From: a virus
Taxonomy: Duplodnaviria > Caudoviricetes
DNA length: 32,508 nucleotides
Direction: 5' to 3' (one strand)
IMG/VR virus record: IMGVR_UViG_3300025701_000035
Coordinates: 1-32,508 of that record
The notes beneath the pieces are model-generated. The model was not told the origin of the DNA. It searched no databases and worked only from the letters and a program-made list of their open reading frames with translations. Both the position numbers and the translations under genes were made by a program. This document shows, piece by piece, positions 27,665-32,508 of this stretch (positions are counted from its first letter, which is position 1; every line of letters begins with the position of its first letter).

Positions 27665-29542
27665 ATGAATAACCCGTTTAACGTACTAGATAGCAAGTAT
27701 CCAGACATAAGATTTGAACTATACACAAAAGAAAAGGATAAGAGTGTTTATCTGACTGGGTTTATAGTACCACAATCAATGAGAAATCAAGGTGTGGGTT
27801 CCGACTTTATGAATGACCTAATAAAGATAGCTGATGGTGACGGATGGAAGATAACACTAACACCATCATCCAGTTACGGAGGTAATGTGAATAGGTTAAA
27901 GAAATTCTATAAAGACTTTGGTTTTGTTGAAAATAAAGGTCAAAATAGAGACTTTACACACAAAGAAGATATGTACAGAGAACCTAAAAATATGGGTACA
28001 GAAGAAACAATAACCGAAAAGGTTGTGGGTGACAAAATAGAATGTAATAAATGTGATTGGAGCTGGGATATTAAAGACGGTGGTGATGACTTATATGTTT
28101 GTCATAAATGCGGTAACGACAATACACCAAAACTTAATGAAAATGTTAATAGGTTAAAACAAATAATCACGTTAACTGAAGAAAAGAAACCAAAAGCTGA
28201 TAGATGCCTTAGGATAGCTAGAAGAAAATATGATAAACCCTCAGCATATAGGTCTGGAGCTATTGTAAGATGTAGAAACGGTAAGATATGGAAAGATCTA
28301 AAAGAAGATGACATAAATGAGGCACCAGAGGATATAAAGGAACTACTATACCAGGCACACGAAGCTATAACAAGCGTGGAAGGTGAAGATTACGCACCAA
28401 ATATCCATGAACTAGAAGGTTGGGTTAAAAATCATATAAATGAGTACAATACATTTACAGGTGAAGAGGTAGCACAACACATCAAAGACATAACACCAGA
28501 AGAAAGTGATATACCAGACCACTTCATAGATGAGTTCATTATACCTAACGACGGATGGGTTCTAAAACAAATAAATCTTAAAGAATTATTAAACGATAAA
28601 GATTTTAAAGAATATTACGATTCAGGCGATGAAAGATACGAAGACGAGGAAGTTAATGCCGATGATTTATACAACGATTTAGTGGTATATAATGGTGAAC
28701 TATTAGACGGTTACTCTAGAGCAGCAAAAATGATACGCTCTGGTGAAAAAGTGGCTGGCGCATTCGTATTAGAACCAGAAGATATAAACGAAGCCAAAAA
28801 AACTGATTATTCAAAAGAGAAAAAAGACGGACTACACGGATGGTTCTCCAGAAGAGGTGGTGGTGGTAACAAAGGTTGGGTAGACTGTAATACATGTAGA
28901 ACAGTAAACGGTAAAAAGAAATGTAAGGCCTGTGGTAGAGAAAAAGGTGAGAAAAGATCTAAATACCCATCCTGTAGACCAACACCAGGATCATGCGGAA
29001 CACCTGGTAAAGGTAAAAAATGGGGTAAGACTAAAAAGAATGAATCTATTACCGAAAACATTAATGAAGAAGATATGGAAAAGAAAAGAATAGCATTATT
29101 ATTCATAGTGATAGATAATAAAGTATTATTATTTAAAAGAAGTCCAGAGGAAACAACAAACGCTGGTAAATACGGAATGCTTGGTGGTCATATAGAAAAA
29201 GGTGAAACCCCAGAAGAAGCTTTAGTTAGAGAGGTTAAAGAAGAAGCTGGTGTAGAAATCGAACCAGAATCATTTAAAAAACTAAAAACATACGAAATGG
29301 ATAATGTACAGTTAAATGTTTTCCACACAAATGAATTCGATGTAGAGAATATAGAACTGGATAAAAAAGAACACGTAAGTAAAAAATTCTTTACCTTAGA
29401 AGAGCTGGATGAAATGTCACCAGAAGAATGTATAGAAACTAACAAGGAAATAGCTAGAGACTATAACGAAAAAGCGACTAAGAGTAACGAACTAAATGAG
29501 GACATCCAAAGAGTCAAGGAATGGTTTAAAATACTAAACTAA
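27665..29542 (+). CDS. Multidomain protein: GNAT acetyltransferase, Zn ribbon, basic module, ParB-like, basic Cys module, NUDIX hydrolase
   Basis: RNQGVGS...FYKDFGF (GNAT); CNKC...CHKC; LLDGYSRA; GLHGWF...GWVDC...CGR...YPSCRP; GGHIEKGETPEEALVREVKEEAG (NUDIX box). Confidence 0.85.
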   Translation: MNNPFNVLDSKYPDIRFELYTKEKDKSVYLTGFIVPQSMRNQGVGSDFMNDLIKIADGDGWKITLTPSSSYGGNVNRLKKFYKDFGFVENKGQNRDFTHKEDMYREPKNMGTEETITEKVVGDKIECNKCDWSWDIKDGGDDLYVCHKCGNDNTPKLNENVNRLKQIITLTEEKKPKADRCLRIARRKYDKPSAYRSGAIVRCRNGKIWKDLKEDDINEAPEDIKELLYQAHEAITSVEGEDYAPNIHELEGWVKNHINEYNTFTGEEVAQHIKDITPEESDIPDHFIDEFIIPNDGWVLKQINLKELLNDKDFKEYYDSGDERYEDEEVNADDLYNDLVVYNGELLDGYSRAAKMIRSGEKVAGAFVLEPEDINEAKKTDYSKEKKDGLHGWFSRRGGGGNKGWVDCNTCRTVNGKKKCKACGREKGEKRSKYPSCRPTPGSCGTPGKGKKWGKTKKNESITENINEEDMEKKRIALLFIVIDNKVLLFKRSPEETTNAGKYGMLGGHIEKGETPEEALVREVKEEAGVEIEPESFKKLKTYEMDNVQLNVFHTNEFDVENIELDKKEHVSKKFFTLEELDEMSPEECIETNKEIARDYNEKATKSNELNEDIQRVKEWFKILN

Positions 29543-29544
29543 AC

Positions 29545-30294
29545 ATGAAACCAAATCTATTCATAGTATCGTCAGCAATCTACGTGGGTAACGAAGAAAC
29601 ACCCAGAAGATTCCTAGAAACGATAGGTACACTGAATAGTATAATCTCGAATAACCCAAATAACAAAATAGTGGTACTAGAAAACTCTAGTAAACCATTA
29701 AACAGTGTATTCATAAAAGAATTGGAAGCCAGAGCCGAAGTATTCCACTATGGCCAGGACCCAGAAATGTCAAACATAGACCAAAAAGCCGAAGTAATCG
29801 CAAACCAAACAACGATTAAATACAATGACCCTAGTATAAACGCAAAGGAGTATATTAAAATGGGTTACCTAAAGAATAAAAAAGAATGCTATGCAATGCA
29901 TAAGTTCTTATCAGAAAACGACCTGTCTGGGTTCGGTAGAATATTTAAAATGTCTGGTAGATATATTCTTAACAATGAATTCGAAGAAACGAATCATATA
30001 GAAGAAATATCGGCAGTGGTTAGAGAAACCAATCAACCAATTGAATACATGCAAACCGATCACCTATGTTATACCACATTATATAGTTTCGACCCTAAAA
30101 TACAACCAAAAATGATTAATGTGTACCAAAACATAATATGGTACATGGATGAAAGATATGAACTAGATATCCCAGTAGATATTGAACACGGGTTACATAA
30201 ATTCACAAAAAAATTAAAAGTAAATAAGTTAAAAAGGTTAGGTATTATGGGGATAACCAATAAATCGGGCAACTCATTAATGACCCTAGTATAA
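29545..30294 (+). CDS. Hypothetical protein, possibly glycosyltransferase-like
   Basis: FIVSSAI...R...T..TLNSI...IVVLENS, RIFKMSGRY and IEH motifs resembling proteins in viral sugar-modification clusters (from recall). Confidence 0.55.
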   Translation: MKPNLFIVSSAIYVGNEETPRRFLETIGTLNSIISNNPNNKIVVLENSSKPLNSVFIKELEARAEVFHYGQDPEMSNIDQKAEVIANQTTIKYNDPSINAKEYIKMGYLKNKKECYAMHKFLSENDLSGFGRIFKMSGRYILNNEFEETNHIEEISAVVRETNQPIEYMQTDHLCYTTLYSFDPKIQPKMINVYQNIIWYMDERYELDIPVDIEHGLHKFTKKLKVNKLKRLGIMGITNKSGNSLMTLV

Positions 30295-30435
30295 TAATAA
30301 ATGTACTTTTACTAAAAAACGACATAGTTATAATTAAAGGTATTAGTACTACCTTATAAAAGAAAACCTAAATATAATAGGAAAACAGTTCCGAAAGGAA
30401 TAACACACCATTATTATTTATATTATTGTGAAATT

Positions 30436-30476
30436 ATAAAAAAAAACACTTACTTAACGGTAGGTGTTTTTTTTAT
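30436..30476 (+). terminator. Intrinsic terminator (possibly bidirectional)
   Basis: A9-CACTTAC-ttaacg-GTAGGTG-T8; the G-U pair favours the plus strand. Confidence 0.8.
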
Positions 30477-30609
30477 TCGATACAATCCCAAAAAAAGGGG
30501 GCTGGGGGTTTTTGGTACGACCGAAGGGAGTTCGGGTCAAAGAACGATTCACTATTAACCATTATAAAGCACCCCATATAAACCCATAATCATCTTTTTT
30601 TTCAAATTA

Positions 30610-30640
30610 CTTGCCGTTATCAATATTTTAGTTATATTTG
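30610..30640 (+). promoter_or_regulatory. Bacteroidota-type promoter
   Basis: CTTG(30610-30613)-N19-TATATTTG(30633-30640). Confidence 0.7.
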
Positions 30641-30656
30641 TACAAACAAAATTGTT

Positions 30657-31388
30657 ATGAGCAAACCAGGTTACGTTTATATTGCAAGGATTATAGATCA
30701 CGGCGGTCAATTCGTAAACGGGTACCATAAAATCGGACTGTCAAAGCAATATAAGATAAGAGAAACCCAACTAAACTCAACACACCTACCATTCGACGTA
30801 TTAATGATAAGAGTATTCAAAACAGATGATATGAATAAACTCGAATCAATATTACACGTCTGTTTCGATGATTACAGGGTTATAAAAGAATATGACGACA
30901 GAAGAAACATAACAACAGAATGGTTTAACGTGGATGATATCGAAACATTTAATGAAAGGGTGGATAAAATGATTCAACTACTCGAAATAAATGAAATGGA
31001 TATAAACCTGTCAATAGATAAAGACAACACACTAACACAACAACAAAAGTTAGAAACCAAACAGAATATAGGCAGAGCCAAAAGTACAAAACTAAAAGTA
31101 ATCACGGAGGATAAAACATTTATGGGGGAAACATCAAAGGAAACATATGTGGATGTAATGAACAACCTAACAAAAGATATGGACCCAGATTATATAATGG
31201 AAAACTTCTCAACATTCTTTAAAAGGGTTAAAGAAGACTTTACTGAGTCAATGAACGAGTATAATAAAGTGTTAATGGAAAATGGACTATACATGTCAAC
31301 ATGGGGTTCAAATAAACTTAAAATAAGAAGAATAAAAGCCCTATCAAATTTATTGGGGGTTGATAATATTAAATGTGAACTAATATGA
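30657..31388 (+). CDS. T5orf172/GIY-YIG family nuclease-domain protein
   Basis: GYVYI...YHKIGLS...R...LN...LPF...LESILH...EWF pattern with an additional C-terminal domain. Confidence 0.8.
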   Translation: MSKPGYVYIARIIDHGGQFVNGYHKIGLSKQYKIRETQLNSTHLPFDVLMIRVFKTDDMNKLESILHVCFDDYRVIKEYDDRRNITTEWFNVDDIETFNERVDKMIQLLEINEMDINLSIDKDNTLTQQQKLETKQNIGRAKSTKLKVITEDKTFMGETSKETYVDVMNNLTKDMDPDYIMENFSTFFKRVKEDFTESMNEYNKVLMENGLYMSTWGSNKLKIRRIKALSNLLGVDNIKCELI

Positions 31389-31798
31389 AAGAAAAAATAG
31401 GTATAACATGCTCATGTTTTGATTTATTACACGCAGGGCATATTAAAATGCTGGAAGACGCAAAAAAAAGATGTGATAAACTAATAGTGGCACTACAAAC
31501 AGACCCAACTGTAGATAGACCAGGAAAAAATAAACCCGTACAGTCAATTGTTGAAAGGTACATACAATTGGAAGGTTGTAAATGGGTTGATCAAATAGTA
31601 CCATACACAACCGAAAAAGATCTTGAGGATATATTATTGTCATTTGATATCGATGTAAGAGTCATTGGTATTGAATATAAGAATAAACCATTCACTGGTA
31701 AAGATATATGTGAAGATAGAAATATTGAATTGGTTTATAACACTAGAGACCATAACTGGTCATCATCAGAATTAAGAAAAAGAATTAAAACAACATAA
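31385..31798 (+). CDS. tagD: Glycerol-3-phosphate cytidylyltransferase-like (TagD family)
   Basis: ITCSCFDLLHAGH (HxGH), KPVQSIVER, R.IG.EY, RDHNWSSSELR. Confidence 0.85.
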   Translation: MKEKIGITCSCFDLLHAGHIKMLEDAKKRCDKLIVALQTDPTVDRPGKNKPVQSIVERYIQLEGCKWVDQIVPYTTEKDLEDILLSFDIDVRVIGIEYKNKPFTGKDICEDRNIELVYNTRDHNWSSSELRKRIKTT

Positions 31799-31801
31799 GA
31801 C

Positions 31802-32056
31802 ATGAAAGCAACATTAGAATTTAACCTGGAAAACCAGACAGAAAGAATAGCACATATGAGATGTGTTAAAGCAAATGACATGGCAAACGTGTTGTTTGAT
31901 ATTATAGGAACTGCAAGAGTTAAAGTTGAAGAGAGGTTATCTGCCGATCCAGACTTGGATGATAAAAATGTTTTTGATGGAGTTGATGAAGTATTCATGG
32001 AAGTATTCACATTGATGTTGGAATACGGAATAGATATTAACGAACTTGTAGACTGA
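31802..32056 (+). CDS. Hypothetical protein (84 aa)
   Basis: MKATLEFNL... ATG ORF in the operon. Confidence 0.75.
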   Translation: MKATLEFNLENQTERIAHMRCVKANDMANVLFDIIGTARVKVEERLSADPDLDDKNVFDGVDEVFMEVFTLMLEYGIDINELVD

Positions 32057-32057
32057 T

Positions 32058-32282
32058 ATGGTTAATGATGAAGAACTGATCGAGCTGATCACACAGTATA
32101 AAATGTTGGAATCAGAATATACGATAATATTTAATCATATATCTGATAAGGTTAAACACCTCGATAACCCCGTACTTAGGTTTATTGAAGTGGCCGAAAA
32201 TTATAAGCACCCCGAATTATTAATAACCATGTTGAATCGTGGCGATTATACAGAATTACTATGGGGGATAATTAACCCATAA
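32058..32282 (+). CDS. Hypothetical protein (74 aa)
   Basis: ATG ORF 1 nt after the previous stop. Confidence 0.6.
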   Translation: MVNDEELIELITQYKMLESEYTIIFNHISDKVKHLDNPVLRFIEVAENYKHPELLITMLNRGDYTELLWGIINP

Positions 32283-32290
32283 TTACAGAT

Positions 32291-32491
32291 AAAAAATTCC
32301 CCAGATATTTTTTTGAAAAATGGTTTCTTAAATACATGTGGGTCCCTTTCTGGTAGGATCAAAAATTCTGAATAAAATTTTCCCCAGATATTTTTTTGAA
32401 AAATGGTTTCAAATATAACAATGGGTCCTTTTTAGGAAAGACCTAAAATTTCAGAAAAAAATACCCTCAAAAATTTTTTTAGAAAAAGTTC
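32291..32491. repeat. Degenerate ~83-bp tandem repeat with identical 31-bp core
   Basis: TTCCCCAGATATTTTTTTGAAAAATGGTTTC at 32297-32327 and 32380-32410; degenerate third copy from ~32461. Confidence 0.85.
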
Positions 32492-32508
32492 ATACGGATG
32501 TCTGAGCC

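Noticed and set aside
30657-31388. Mobile homing endonuclease element
   Set aside because: T5orf172-type gene with its own promoter at the head of an operon; no interrupted host gene or flanking signature, so mobility is unsupported.
5646-32010. Other short antisense ORFs in the track (e.g. 6543-6989, 14540-14965, 15708-16055, 28807-29106, 31735-32010)
   Set aside because: They lie opposite well-supported genes and have no motifs or expression signals.
32297-32410. CRISPR mini-array (31-bp repeat)
   Set aside because: Only two exact copies, the intervening sequences resemble each other, the 52-nt spacer is long, and there are no cas genes in the window.
1-32508. Stop-codon reassignment as in some huge phages
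   Set aside because: Coding density is high in the standard code. TAG ends genes at 19977, 25046 and 25024, and TGA at 9550 and 32056, without evidence of split conserved domains.
1-32508. tRNA, rRNA, integrase, transposase, intron or intein
   Set aside because: No recognisable cloverleaf, rRNA-like stretch, recombinase motif, or insertion in ClpC or the helicase seen by eye; tRNAscan/Infernal would be needed to exclude them fully.

Overview
AT-rich, gene-dense fragment of a very large tailed dsDNA phage (jumbo/huge phage-like), standard genetic code, probably infecting Bacteroidota: it has TTTG-N19/20-TAnnTTTG host-type promoters and A-rich leaders with no Shine-Dalgarno. It encodes three fibre-like repeat proteins, a ClpC-type ATPase, a J-domain protein, KTSC, a 2OG-Fe(II) oxygenase, a Pol-beta-type nucleotidyltransferase, a dNMP kinase, an SF1 helicase, an amidase endolysin, a DUF2827-like protein, a T5orf172/GIY-YIG protein and a TagD-like cytidylyltransferase. 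Main observations: (1) a family of modular proteins in which unrelated domains (GNAT, NUDIX, ParB-like, Zn ribbons, basic Cys modules, LETM1-like) are joined by (I/L/V)-x-E linkers and share an 'LNEEIxRIxxMMG' peptide, suggesting protease-processed, capsid-packaged cargo polyproteins; (2) a strand-specific TATTTAT(A) motif upstream of 13 such or structural genes, a candidate late promoter distinct from the host-type promoters; (3) several apparently leaderless genes; (4) a candidate -1 frameshift at an A10 run; (5) a structured intergenic region and an ~83-bp repeat near the right end. All family assignments are from motif recognition only; no database searches were run.
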